Of a stretch of 64,000 nucleotides of DNA, positions 42,692 through 55,927 are shown in pieces. Numbering within the stretch: the first letter of the stretch is position 1; the number at the start of each line of letters is the position of its first letter. The DNA is from Chrysomallon squamiferum. Its lineage: Eukaryota; Animalia; Mollusca. Under the pieces are notes generated by a model that worked only from the letters and a program-made list of their open reading frames with translations, was not told the origin of the DNA and did no database searches. The position numbers and the translations under genes were made by a program. Location of the stretch: the NCBI GenBank assembly GCA_012295275.1, contig CM022671.1, forward strand, positions 27,652,001 to 27,716,000, in the 5' to 3' direction.

Positions 42692-42847
42692 CCTGAAACT
42701 AGGGTCAGGCTTAGTAGAACATTGGGATTTTAACCACAGATAAGTAGATATCTTCGGTTCCTTTTCTTGTCCATCACCTAAATTATCTACAGTCATTATT
42801 CTGTCGAACTCATCCTTTGTTTGGTTGCTTGTTTCAGAATCTTTCAT
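42692..42847 (-). CDS. Candidate first coding exon of an unknown nested antisense gene
   Basis: AAAATGA start, 52 non-repetitive codons (MKDSETSNQTKDEFDRIMTVDNLGDGQEKEPKISTYLWLKSQCSTKPDPSFR), ends at AGG|GTACGT; no downstream exon identified. Confidence 0.3.
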
Positions 42848-42879
42848 TTTACAGTTACAAATAAGTCATAATACGTTAG

Positions 42880-43195
42880 ACGAATAAAGGCATTTTTTGT
42901 TTAATAATACATCAACGTATTTTAATATTAACTATTATTAGATGTAAAGGTTCTTTTGTGTTTTTGTGTGTGTATCGATATGTGTCTGATGTTTGAGTGA
43001 TAATAACACTATAAACAACACAAAACAATGGATTACTTTCACATATCAAAAATAAAACATATTTTGTATGAACGTCCCGAAGAAAAGAACATTACACCTG
43101 TATTAATAAATCAGTTGAAAAGCACTAGCATGAACGGGAAATAGCCTAATGGGCGTACTAAAGAGGACTGATATCGTATTGCATATCTAACCGTC
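42880..43195 (+). mobile_element. Decayed interspersed repeat (SINE-like)
   Basis: 43105-43161 aligns by eye with the reverse complement of 58661-58720 around a shared aacgggaaat(a/g)gcc core; a further fragment is at 42401-42423, and the head resembles 7065-7145. Confidence 0.5.
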
Positions 43196-44866
43196 GATAT
43201 ATATCAGTTTCTTTAATGAGCTGAAAACAAAAACAATATTCGGGCGACTGAATACAGCAACACCTGACAGAGTGAACAATGTACCGTAATCTGTGTATGT
43301 ACAATAATATTGCTTTCTCCTTTACTTTATTTCCTGTTGTTGAAAAAAGCCAATCTGAAGTATCCTGACTCGGGAAATGAACTATCGTGTCGATGTCACA
43401 CGTTGTTCTAAAACATTTATATTATCATTTATAATTAATTGTCTTTGATAGGTGTGCTGACGTGCCATGGCTGGTGTCAAATACAAAATATTTTCTGTTT
43501 TATCACCCGTATTATTACAAATAGTGCAGAATGAGGAGAATACCTGGCGATGAGAACCGAAGGAAGAAACAATTACGTTAACAATTAAGTATTGAATTAT
43601 ATCTTCAGTTCAAATTATAATTGATAATGTCAGAACGAAACAAATTTAATCCCTGGTCAAGGTAGAACGGAGATTCATAGTAAATGTCTAGACATAACCT
43701 TATCAAAATTCAAAGACATGTACAGATAATAATGATAATTATTCCAAATCTTTTTAAGATTAAAACTGTTTTGACAGTCAGTAATGTTTTAGTGTGGGAA
43801 TGAGAAGCATAATATAACAACATATGTCATTTCAAACAGTGTGGTTTAGTTTTCGTTGAATTTTGTACACAATCTTATCGGAGATGAAGTGACGGAAAGC
43901 AACGAAGTTCATTAACTGGTAAACTTAATAGTTACGATCAGATGAGTTTTTGTAATTTGACATCAAGCGAGATTAGATTATCTGAAATGTTGTATACAAA
44001 CTGATCTGTAGACTAGCTTCAAGCGTCCTTGGTAAAACTAAGACCTGAAAATGTAGCCCAGATCATTGTTAATAGTCGAACTCGGTATTATTTTGAATGA
44101 CTAACAGTCTAACGTTTTGAAATGCAGTATTTCGAACACCGGTATTTCCAACAGGAGCAAATATACAATTTTCATTGAAGGGAAATAATTTCAGATTTGC
44201 TGTTGTAATCACTATAGCCTTATAACCGGGTTTAATTTATTTTTACGTCATATTTATTTCTATCATATTGATATCATCTTTTTTCAGTCCATTCCATTTT
44301 CAGTTTATTTATTTTTTTACTTATATGATTTTAACGCTTTATGAATACATAATGTAGAAATAAGACCTTTAAGTCCGGATCAGATTTAGTATGGTCTGTT
44401 TCCTTTGTTCGACTCGGTGATCCATTCAGTATTTTCTTTCTGAAATGTGAGCCGTGCTTTGATATCTTCTGTTCTTAAACCCGATTATTTGGTCACTGTT
44501 TTCCTCGACCCATGTTCCGATACTTCAACAATGAAAATATGTTTTCTTACTTCAAGATTCTTCACTCAAGTATAAAGGATGGTATATTTTAAAAATCAGG
44601 TTATTAATTTAATATCTTCGAACTGTCAGTCTTATTTTGTCTAAATATTTACGTCCTGATAAAATCTTAATTCGAAGAAGATAAAACAAATAAACAACAT
44701 AAACAAGCAAAACATCTAAAGGAAAAGATTTCATACACCAAAATATTTATGTACAGCAAAACACGGATCCTGAATGGATGGCGTCACTTGTACCAGATAT
44801 AAGTCTGAAGATGAAACGAGTGTCATGAAAACATTTAGGTCGGCGAACTTTAGAGGGCATCCCTTT

Positions 44867-44916
<50 letters not shown>

Positions 44917-46599
44917 TACAGGCACATACTTACACACAAATAAATAAATGCTCTATATCATTAATTATAATTGAATATGTTTAGAATAACAAATAAAAGG
45001 ATAGAAAACTCCTGATATTTAGAATATCGTCGTGTAAAACTGTTAGTTTAATTTGATTTTAACTTCGACAAATGACACTACTGCTAGTTTTAAACAAGAT
45101 CGGATTTGTTACGGTGTTTTGGATGTCAGGTATTCGACCACCAGGGCGTGGTTTAAATATTATTTACTTTAACGTCAAGGAACCTTTCCTCGATTATGAA
45201 AAAAAAAAAAAAAAAAATCTAAACACGAGACTTGTGTGGCTGTGTTGATCCATGTGTTACTTCTGTTAGCACTTCAACACTTTAATCTATTCCAGCCAGT
45301 ATTTCAGGAAAACAAAACATGTAACAGTGGCGTGAGCTGATCTTATATTTTAATATCTCTTATCTATCTCTTTTCTCTCTCTCTCTCTCTATCTTTCTTT
45401 CTCTCCCCCTCCCGCTGCCTCTCTCTCTCACTCCCTTTCTCTCCTCTTTCTATTTATTTTTACCTGACAAGCCTAAACCTTACTCCTCCTGTTTCTCTCT
45501 CCCGCTCTGTCTCATTCTCTTTGTCTCTTTGTCTCTCAGTGTATATTTATAGCATATTTATACGTCGAGATAAAAAATATGTCTATCGTCAGTTCCATCT
45601 CAAACCACCTGAGGTCAAATGGATAAGCTATGTTTTGTGGTTTTTCCTACAACATTTTAATATTAAATCTAATCTGCATTTAGCCGAGCCCGCTGCGTGG
45701 TGATAGAAAAACATTTAGTTCTGCTAATACTGTGTTTACAATCGGTGACTTTCGGAACACCACCCACTGTTATGGCAGATTCAGTAGAAGTATATTATAA
45801 GAAATATAAATAAAACATTTTCATCTATCGCAGCCTGTTTAAAATTATACCTAACTACTGCCTTTTTGTTTTGTTTGTTTCGTTTTTTTTTTTTTTTTTT
45901 TTTTTTGCCATCTGAATCAAGATAAACATTTATCGTCAAGAACAAATTCGTGTCGTATGTTTTTTTCGTTACGTACTCTTTAAAAATCATTAAAATGCAG
46001 GTTTAAAAACCATTGAAATTCTTAAAAGAATTTACGCCCAGAGAATTGCGGATATAAAAAGATGGGTTTTCGTATGAGATGATGAAAATACGTAAGGATT
46101 AGCTTTTTAAATCCAGTGCCATTTCATGTTTGTTTAAAACATGGAAATAAACTTAACTTCTGTTATTTGATAATACAGAAAAGATACGGAGAATCCAAAT
46201 CACTCCTCGTTATTCAAGATGGCTGCAATATATTAAAGGGTAAAAGCAAAATTCTAAGTAGGAGATTACGATCAGAAAATCCTAAATGTATGCTTGCTCA
46301 CTTACATGTTAGACATGCGTGTGTTATATTCATAAATAAAAGGACGTTTTCATATCGATCGTACTTTCTTTCCAATCACGTTAAGATAAATTTAATGGAA
46401 TACTAAACGAAAATAGATGCAAACAGGTTAAGCTTCACGTAATTATTTCCCTTTTCACATAATTGCCAGAATCCCCAGTCTTCATCGTGCACTATTCATA
46501 GTGATTAAAGCTTAGTGGTATGTTTCTGTAGCATTTCTTAAATTATGTTAAATTTAATAGCGTCAGAAGAACTCATTTTAATTTCTGAAAGTGTGTTTT

Positions 46600-46790
46600 C
46601 AATAACAAGAATTTGAAAGGACTAGAATTAAAATTTCTGAAATTTGCGGAACTGGAATTAAAATTTTTGAACGTTGCAGAATGAGAATTTAAACTTTCGT
46701 AAAGTTGTAGAATTCGAATTTAACCTTTCTGAAAATTGTAAAATTATAGTTAAAATGTAACTGAAAATTCTGATAAAATTACAGTTAAAA
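46600..46790. repeat. Degenerate ~30-bp minisatellite
   Basis: gaatt(a/t)aa units at 46625, 46655, 46685 and 46716. Confidence 0.75.
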
Positions 46791-47212
46791 AAGGAAGCAT
46801 ATTTTGATATCTGAAAAGACAACCATGTTGGAATACAATTTCTTCAGAACTCTTCGGAAATAGTTTTGATATCTCCATTATCTTCATAACATCAGAGATT
46901 AGGACTAAAATAGCTTGAAGATGACTTTGGACAGTGAGGTAACTTTTTCTTTATTGAAAACATTATTACAATTTTTTCCCTCTCTCTCTTTCAAATATAT
47001 ATCTTATTTGTAACGCTTATTAATATTAATGAAGTAAAAAAAGCATTCCTTGATATTTTTAATGAAAATGTTGATTTTTACCTGTTTCCATTATTCATTC
47101 ATCCATCCATCATTTTTATCTCCACCTGTTTGTATTATAATATGTTTATTTGTATGTATTCGTGTTTTTGTATGTATGTATGTGCATGCGTGAATTTGTG
47201 TATGTGTATGTT

Positions 47213-47243
<31 letters not shown>

Positions 47244-48275
47244 TTGTGTGTTTTTCTCTTTACTTTAATTTATATTAGTCATTCCATGGAAACGTTAGGT
47301 TTATACAAACAACAATAACAGAGGACGTTCCATTAATTATTACTACTGTATATTAATATAACTTGATAATTATTTACCCTACCACAACATCATTTTTCTG
47401 ACATGTGTCGCTGTCGTGCACGTCAGGGTACAGCTTGTTGTCCTAATCCCTCTTAAGACTGCGGATTACCAAGAGGAAATTTGCCGGAACTCATTAAGCG
47501 TGGAATTATGGGAACCACGTGCACATGCGGCCATTATAAAAAGATATCTTGGCAGTGTAATTACTTTCATGTTTTATGTTCGGCGCACTGGCCGGGTTTT
47601 CGTTTTGCTGTATTATGTCCCTTCTTAGTTCAAATAATTTAACAGTCGAAATGTTAACGGCTAACTAAAACATGATTCTGAGACCAAATCGCATTAACGT
47701 AATTTGAGACAATACTAATATCAAGTGAAATGAAACTGAAATAATTGCAATAGAATGCAAAAGATTCCAATTGGAATGATTGAATTAATGAACGAACGGA
47801 TGAACGAACGAATGAATGAATGAAATATTTAATGGAACCACAACACAAATACTTCGGCTCTTCTGTGCCAGAATGAATTATGTTTGAGAAGAACGACAAG
47901 GCGATTGCTTAAGGTCTTTGTTATTTTAGTTCCTCGTACACGTATTATAATTAATTTAAGGAGTTTTGTTTTGAGTTATGCGTGACACTGAAAATTAAAC
48001 GCCCGCTAGCAAAAAAAAAAAAAAAAAAAAAGGAAAAAGAAAACATTTAATTTAAGCATGATAAATGTTTGAAGTTATTTTTTAAATTTATGGCGAAAAA
48101 GTGTTTTTTGCTAAATGATATATTTAATATTTCACGTTCTGAACCTTTTGGTAATGTCATATGTTCGTTTGTATGTATTTGTGTATATCTAATAAAACGA
48201 TAAAAATATAAATAAATAAATAAATGAACGTAAAATAAAAATATTATCTTAAACAGATTCAGTCTGAGCAAGCTT

Positions 48276-48306
<31 letters not shown>

Positions 48307-49516
48307 ACAAAAATAAAACCTTAATCTGAAGAGTTGAAAGAACGAATGAGAAAAACGAAAGAGAAATATAAGACAAGTTAAAAGCGTTTCGCCCGAATAC
48401 ATTGTACACAAGTCTGCCAACAAAAATCTGTTTCCTTTTCTTTATTTCATTTTCGTGAAACCTTTTGTGCGAATTCGTCATTCATTCTATGAGACACGAC
48501 TACCGGCTCTTTTGTCACCCAGCATTACCTTAATAAAGGATGGATTACACCTGCCGCCTCCACGTGCAGGGAACCCTCCCCCCCCCGCAAGTGGAGTACT
48601 TTGACACCTTGTTTACAGTCCTAGGTCACCTGTCTTATAGAAAAACGTTAACACTTCTATATATCGGTAATGTTCAGGTGCCGTACTTGTGTTCCATAAC
48701 GACAGTCATTAATATGATTTCCTTTCTTGAAAATAATTCACCTGTGTCTGCCTGCATTGTTGTTAAAAATCAAAGTGTGTGTGTGCATGGTTCATTTGCT
48801 GTCTTTATCTCTATTTCTATTACGTCTTCCATGAACAAACTATTTTTTTTATATATTAATCGAACGTTTGCGGTTTGAAACATATGCATAGACCCACCCA
48901 AATACACTTTCGTGGATTATACGCATCGAAATAGTATATTATGAACAATGTAATGTTTGTATGTATGTTTGTGTATGTTGTGTGTGTGTACATATCTATA
49001 TTTGTGTGTGTTGCACGTGAGTATATGTGTGTGTGCGTACGTGTTTGTGTGTGTGTGGCTGTGTTTCAGGTATACGTATACATGAGCTAACTTATTTATT
49101 TGGTCTTGTTTTTTCTCTCGGTTTCTTCTGTTCATATTGCTTCTTTGTTCACGCAGTCGCTGTTGTTGTATGTACTAGATGTGAGTGTAAACAAATAAAA
49201 GAATGAACTGAACAAATACATATATACACGTTTACCCGTGAGGTTTATTATTATTTTTAAATGTTTGATCTTTTAACTTTATTCTTTCTCGCGGTTTATT
49301 GAGAACAGTCACGTACATCGACGCCTGTTCCAGACAATTACATGTTTGTCAACTCGCCCTGAACCATGACATTCACTCAAACACGGAAACTTCTGCGTAC
49401 CATTTCCATGCACATAAAAAAAATCAACATGTCACTTTTCATTAAAATGTTGCTTTGATGCTTTGTTTCTACAAATAATCACGACAGACTGAATCTGCTT
49501 TCTTTCTCATGTATGC

Positions 49517-49620
<104 letters not shown>

Positions 49621-51910
49621 TGTTTAATTATAATAAGTTCATATATTCCCAGATCTACCACAAAGTAAAAATGATTTCAAATTAAATCCATGTATGTACA
49701 CAAGTAAGGAAAGGAAAAAACATTTCAAAGTTCACGCTATCTGATACGTATTGAAAAAAAACAAAGTAAATATTTGATTATATTTTTCAAATTTCATAAA
49801 AGTAACTTTATTATATATCAAGTGTTTGTTGCAAAACACAGATACAAATATTTGCCAAACACTAAAATCTTTATCTACGTCAGTTACATAAATCATAAAT
49901 AATCTTTGCAGTCGCCACGGTGACATAAATATTTTTATATTGTAAATTTTATCGAGATGACTTATTATATTTTATAATCTCTTTGGATCAAGACTTAAAT
50001 GTGTTAAATGAAGGGAATATCCGCTGAAATATACAGCTGAAAATTACAAGTTAATGTATGTTATTTGTATTTTATGAATTATTCATTCACAAAAGCTGTT
50101 TGGTAAAACAGAGTAGTGAGTGAGAGCCATTTTTCTTAATTACGTATTACTTCTAACTATCTGTCCGCATAATTCTGAATAAGGTGTTTTTATTTTATTT
50201 ATTTATTTATTTATTTATTTATTTTTGAGTTACGTCATTGCAGTAAACATTACTCAGTAAGATTACGTGATAAAGAATGTAAATATTAAACCGATGTCAA
50301 AAATCTTCTTTTTCAAAGTTTTAGGTTAAATTATTGTTGCCTCAGTCTTTATAGAAAATTGTGCTACTGTCCATTATAATTATTGTTACGAAAAAAAAAA
50401 AAAAAAAAAATCATGTTCTGATGATTTGCGTAAATGTAAAATAATGATCCACTGCATAAAGTTTCATAAGAGGATTCAAGTCTGAAACTTATTAATGAGT
50501 TTTGTGTGGTTTATCTAATACAACAATTATTTCGGATAGGAAATTTTAGTACACTCTAGAGCAGTATAGTTATGTAGACATGAAAATAGTTTTTACAGCT
50601 TATTATTAATCGTAGAAAACACTTCAACAAAACTATCTGTATTTAACTTTAAAAGAATTTGAATCATGAACTTTTGGTTCGAAAATCAACATATGAAACT
50701 GCAGCATCTTCATAACTGTTATTAGAAGTATGAATGTATTTGTAATATTTATTTAAATTATATTTTCTTAAATTGTTAGTTTATTTTGATTTGGTCACTG
50801 CCTTTGATTTGAGCTCAAGTTCTGCCGCTATAATCTCCCACCAAGCCTGTTACTGGGAGCGTAAAAGCTGCAGGTTTGTCACCCGAGTTCGACAACAAAG
50901 AATAAAACAAGAGAAAAAGTGAATGGTATATTTGTTACATTACATGAGATGTGTTCAGCCAAACGTTTATAAGTCGTGCGACTGGGAATGTTGGCGTCAT
51001 TTTGTCAACTTGTGACAATCATTTTCGGTGCTACACAGTTGTATATTTGTGCAATAGCATTTAGTGACTGTGCGTTCTCCAAACAGAAATGTCATTTCTG
51101 ATGCGATGTCTGGCAAAAACTGCACAGGATGGTGAATCCCTTGTGTTATTTACCAACTCGCAAATCTGACAGTAAATTGCATGTTGCCAAAGGACAAGAC
51201 TATCTAGAATGATTGCTGGGGTGTTTTTTTTGGTTTTTGTCGTCATTTTGCTTCCGTTTTCTTGCATGTTCCAGGGATTTGTAGATTCATTTCGTTTTAG
51301 ATATAGTTAAACATTTTTGAAACTAAAAAAAAAAAAAAAAAAAAAAAATTTAAAAAAAATATAGAGTGTAAGAGAGACAAAGAGAAAAGAAAACGCAAAA
51401 TTATTTTTCCTAAGGTCAAAAGTATTTCCAGTGATTGTTCCTGCCTACCCCAGGGATATTCTAAGTGATTTACATTTCAGCTGAAATTTTCTGGAATTTT
51501 ACTTTTAAAATAGTGCTATTTGTAATTTGCATATAGAAGACCTCTTTTCATGTTTCGTACTGGTTCTGTTTACATTCATATCTATAAATCAGTGATTGTT
51601 TGTTCATAAGTGATTATGTTCATGACAAAACTTCAAGAAAAAATACAAAAGGAAAATTTTATTCTTCTCTTAAACTAGAAACCTATATATCTTTTTGGCT
51701 TTGACTGTTGATCAAGTTATTGATACATTTTTCAGTAAAACTTTTATGAACTACGTACGATAGACCTGTGAAATACATAACCATATAAACTGCATGTCAG
51801 TTACATAACATTACTGTTATCAAAATCACATCGACAAAATGGAAACCATTTCTTGGACGCCATCTTTGATGACGATTTCGGAGACTGAAACAGCATACTT
51901 ACATTTACAG

Positions 51911-52018
51911 GTGCGCGAATTGGTGGGAAGGTGCACGTGCCCAATTCAATTTCCTATGTTCAAGGTGGGAGATGGAAAGTACCAGATTGGAGATTCGAAA
52001 ATGTTGATATTTGTCAGG
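51911..52018 (+). CDS. GAS2L1: GAS2-like protein, GAR domain exon a
   Basis: ttacag acceptor, gtgagt donor, phase 0-0; VRELVGRCTCPIQFPMFKVGDGKYQIGDSKMLIFVR. Confidence 0.96.
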
Positions 52019-52028
52019 GTGAGTGATT

Positions 52029-52059
<31 letters not shown>

Positions 52060-53629
52060 TTTTTTTATTTATTTATTTATTTATGATATGTTGTATTGTT
52101 GTATCGTATCGTATAATATATTTCATTTAATAATGGTTTGATATATTTTATTTAATAATCAAATTTGAATGTAAGAATATTGTTTACCTATCTTGTCCAT
52201 CAGTTATTACTGAGACTACCAAAAATTTAAATAATGATGATAAAATACACAAATGTTAAATTTAAAAAAAATTATTAAAAAAAAAAAAAAATTCCACATC
52301 TAACTTAAAAGAAAAGAATAAAAACAGAGAAAAAAGGCACTATTCATTTTAAGGAAAAAAACTAAATTTAACATTCAGCATACTTCGCCAAAACAAATGA
52401 GAAGACAAAAACAAATTTGATCATTTAAGTAAATTTATTTTCTTCTTTTTCACAAACACGCTAGCTACAACAGATGAGTTCGTTTGCACTTTCTTCTTCT
52501 TTTTTTTTTGCTTTTTTCACTGAAAATATTTCGATGTGTCAGAATTTTAATGATGTGTGTTGAACATTCTGATAAACTGTTTAGTGCAGTTTTAATTAAG
52601 ATCACAGGCACATAATTAATTGTATATAGCTAATATACAGCTGACACATACACAACATTTTATCATAATTAATACTGGTTAAGAAATAAAGGAATTTGAA
52701 ACGTAAACATTATTGATATAAAATGTTGTTAACAAATAATAAAGGAAAAAGGAAACGAAAAAAGAGTGAAAATACGTTTTTTAATTATTTTTTTTTTTTT
52801 TTAATTATTTAAATGTATTGTTTTAGATTGGTTTGGGGAGAATAATAAATATTCTTCATTCATTTGAAACTTGGTTTAATTGCATTGATATTTATTTAAT
52901 TTATTTGTATTTTACTTTATTTTTAAAACATTGTCATTATCATTATTATTATACTTTTTTTTTTCTTTTACTGTTGGTGTTGTTATATTATTATTATTGG
53001 TATTATTATTATTATTATTTTACGTGAATGGTTTTTTTTTTGTTGTTTGTTTATTATTATTTTTTAAATTATTCATTTTTCGTTCTGTTTTTTTTTTTTC
53101 TTTTTTTTCTTTTTTTCTTTTTTCTTTCATTCATGAGAACTAATTTGAAATGTATATCTTAACATTTAATAAAAATCCATACTATTTTAATGTATAAATA
53201 AAGGTAATGCCGCCCCCTAAGGTAGGTAGTAAAAAATTAAATGATTGTTAACCGCTGGCAGGTTAAACCAAAATGAAAGGATGTCATGTTATTAGGAAAA
53301 CAATATTACAAAAGACTGTAAGCGGATGTGATTAAAGCCTATTACATTATTTGAGCTACCGGTGAAAATGGGTTTGGTTTATCCGGTTAAATAAAAAAAC
53401 AAGTAATTCAGAGTTTGTTTTTAACTATCAGCAATTTTGTGCAGACATTTCATTCAGCGATAATTTAGCAGCAACCTGCTCTTTCATATTCGTCTGCGTT
53501 TAAAGGTTACACGACACAAATTAAGTTTTCATTCAGACTAATGTGAACCATTTTGTAAAACATTTTTAAAAACTATTATTAGTTATATTTATTCATGTAT
53601 TATTTATTTATTGCAATATTTGTTTATTA

Positions 53630-53691
53630 CTGTTGTTGTTGTTCTCCTTCTTCTTCTTCTTCTTCTTCTTCTTCTTCTTCTTCTTCTTCTT

Positions 53692-53722
<31 letters not shown>

Positions 53723-53746
53723 TTTTTATTATTATTATTATTATTA
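53630..53746 (+). repeat. (GTT)n(CTT)n(ATT)n compound trinucleotide repeat
   Basis: Direct reading. Confidence 0.97.
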
Positions 53747-54077
53747 AATTCAAAGTCCTGTTCTTCGTGGTATTTAAACTACCCAGAAAACAGGAGATCA
53801 AACAAACCCCAATTTTTAAATTCTATTTTCTGTTGGAAAATAATGTTCATGAAAATAATGTTTATGTTGTGTCTATTATAAATAAATTTAGATACATTTT
53901 TGTTGGTACTTTCTTACGTATCTTTTGACCAAGTGTATAAACATTTACAAACAATAAGTTTTAAAAAAGATTTGATGAAATTTACTTCATTTATAAATTT
54001 TGAGAAGCCAAATAAAAAATATGAACTGAGATACAAAATGGGCGTTTATAAAGTCAAAACTATTATTTTATTTATAG

Positions 54078-54174
54078 ATTCTTAGGAATCACGTGATGGT
54101 GCGCGTGGGTGGAGGCTGGGATACTTTGGAACATTACCTGGACAAGCACGATCCGTGTCGCTGTAATTTTCCAG
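54078..54174 (+). CDS. GAS2L1: GAS2-like protein, GAR domain exon b
   Basis: Phase 0-1; [32 protein letters not shown] contains the signature MVRVGGGW and DPCR. Confidence 0.97.
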
Positions 54175-54728
54175 GTAAGCTGATTAACGCTTCTTATATC
54201 TACATTACCCGAGCGATATCTTTATTTATTTACCTATACGCCTGCACACGTTTTGTAAAATACTGCAGTTTACTGGCATTAAAGGAACTTGGATTCTGTT
54301 TAGTTATTTATTTTGTTTAGTTAATTTTCATGTTTTTATCACTTTTAAAACAATATTTATGGTCTAGTTTCATTTATAGATGGAGATATGCACCAAATGA
54401 ACACAATTTTTTTTTTTGGACCAGTTCCCACTGTTAATACCACTTTTTGATATTTCTTTTTACCCATTAAAGTAAACGCATTTAATGATATAGGTAGTTT
54501 GATAACACTAGCCAGTTTGCAGTTTGATAAATCTACAATATAAACTGTGCAAGTCAGGACACAAATAAATACTCGTGTACCCAAGTATCTAATCTGATTT
54601 AGGATCGTCTTGGCGTTTCACTTTGAAACTAATCTTTCATAAAGCGGATTTAAGCTGTCTCTCGTCAACCTGTTTTCATTTTTTAACTGAACGTAATAAC
54701 TGTGTAGAAACACATAGCTAGTGTTTAG

Positions 54729-54730
<2 letters not shown>

Positions 54731-54808
<78 letters not shown>

Positions 54809-54845
54809 AATAATGACAATAATAACAACAACAACAAAAACAACA
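54731..54845 (+). repeat. (AAT)n(GAT)n(AAC)n compound trinucleotide repeat
   Basis: Direct reading. Confidence 0.97.
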
Positions 54846-55533
54846 TTATTAATTAATAATTTCTGCTTAGTTATAAATCAATGCAATGGAAAGTAAATAA
54901 ATAAACCAAACTAAAAATTGAATTTATGAAAGTGTATGAATTTTCAGAGTTTTATCGTGTATACTAAATTACGCATAATCTCTAGCTACTTTACGTAAAA
55001 TGTTGTTCAATGACCTTGGCTAACTTGTGATACATTAAAACAGTTATTACAGTTTGTACGGTAACCAGTCAGGTATATCTGACCGTCATGGTGGAATCAA
55101 CATAACGTTTTTTCGATTTAGTCTTTAAGACGTGGATTAATATATTAATATATATTAGTATATCTAAAACACCAACATGGTATCTCTACCCAAATAGCAT
55201 GAAGTCAAAGTTAGGGCAACTTCTTCTTGCAACACAAATATTTTTCTTTAAGATTATTCGTAATCTCAAAGCAGCCTTTTTTTATTTCCCCATTTTCTTT
55301 TTGATGCTGTACACGTTTTCATCTCGGGCTGTTTGTCTCGCAGTTTTGACGTTTAAGCTCTTTAAAAAGAACAACTAACTCGTTTTTCTGTTTATAGGCC
55401 TAAGTGGAATTAGGTATGACAATGGAGATTTTTTTCTCGGACAAAGAGTAAGCTTATTACAAGTACGACCATGATGACCTTTTTCTTTCTCTCTCTCAAT
55501 TTATTACAATTAATCAGCTTTTCTCTTCTGCAG

Positions 55534-55927
55534 GCCACAAGCATTCCTCGGCCAGTCAGCGAGTGATAAGACGACCCCCCAACCCCAGACCAAACACACC
55601 GACGAGCAATACTCAAGGACCTTCCAGTGCAAGAAAATTGTCGTCTGCTATGTCTTCCACGGAAAACGGGCGTTGTAAATCCCCGGCTCCTGTGTCCAGG
55701 AAACTTCCGACCCCGCAACCAACACACCCGAGATCCCAAACGCCCCAAAAGGAATGTGTCAGCTCGAGAAGTCGATCGCCTGCTCCGTCTAGATGGCGCT
55801 GCCAGTCTCCAGGCCCCCAAATCAGGAGGATGCTTCCCACTCCATCAGAAGGCGAAGTATCCCGGGCAACCACAACAAACAGGATGACTTCGCCTCGCCC
55901 GAAGAGACACTCGTTAACTCCAGCAAG
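55534..55927 (+). CDS. GAS2L1: GAS2-like protein, basic Ser/Pro-rich disordered exon
   Basis: ctgcag acceptor, AG|gtaagg donor, phase 1-2; open, GC-rich frame (G)HKHSSASQRVIRRPPNP...KRHSLTPA. Confidence 0.92.

Noticed and set aside
55410-55887. Overlapping ORFs 55410-55820(-), 55613-55873(-) and 55627-55887(+)
   Set aside because: Shadow frames of a GC-rich GAS2-like exon; splice phases select the RRPPNP frame.
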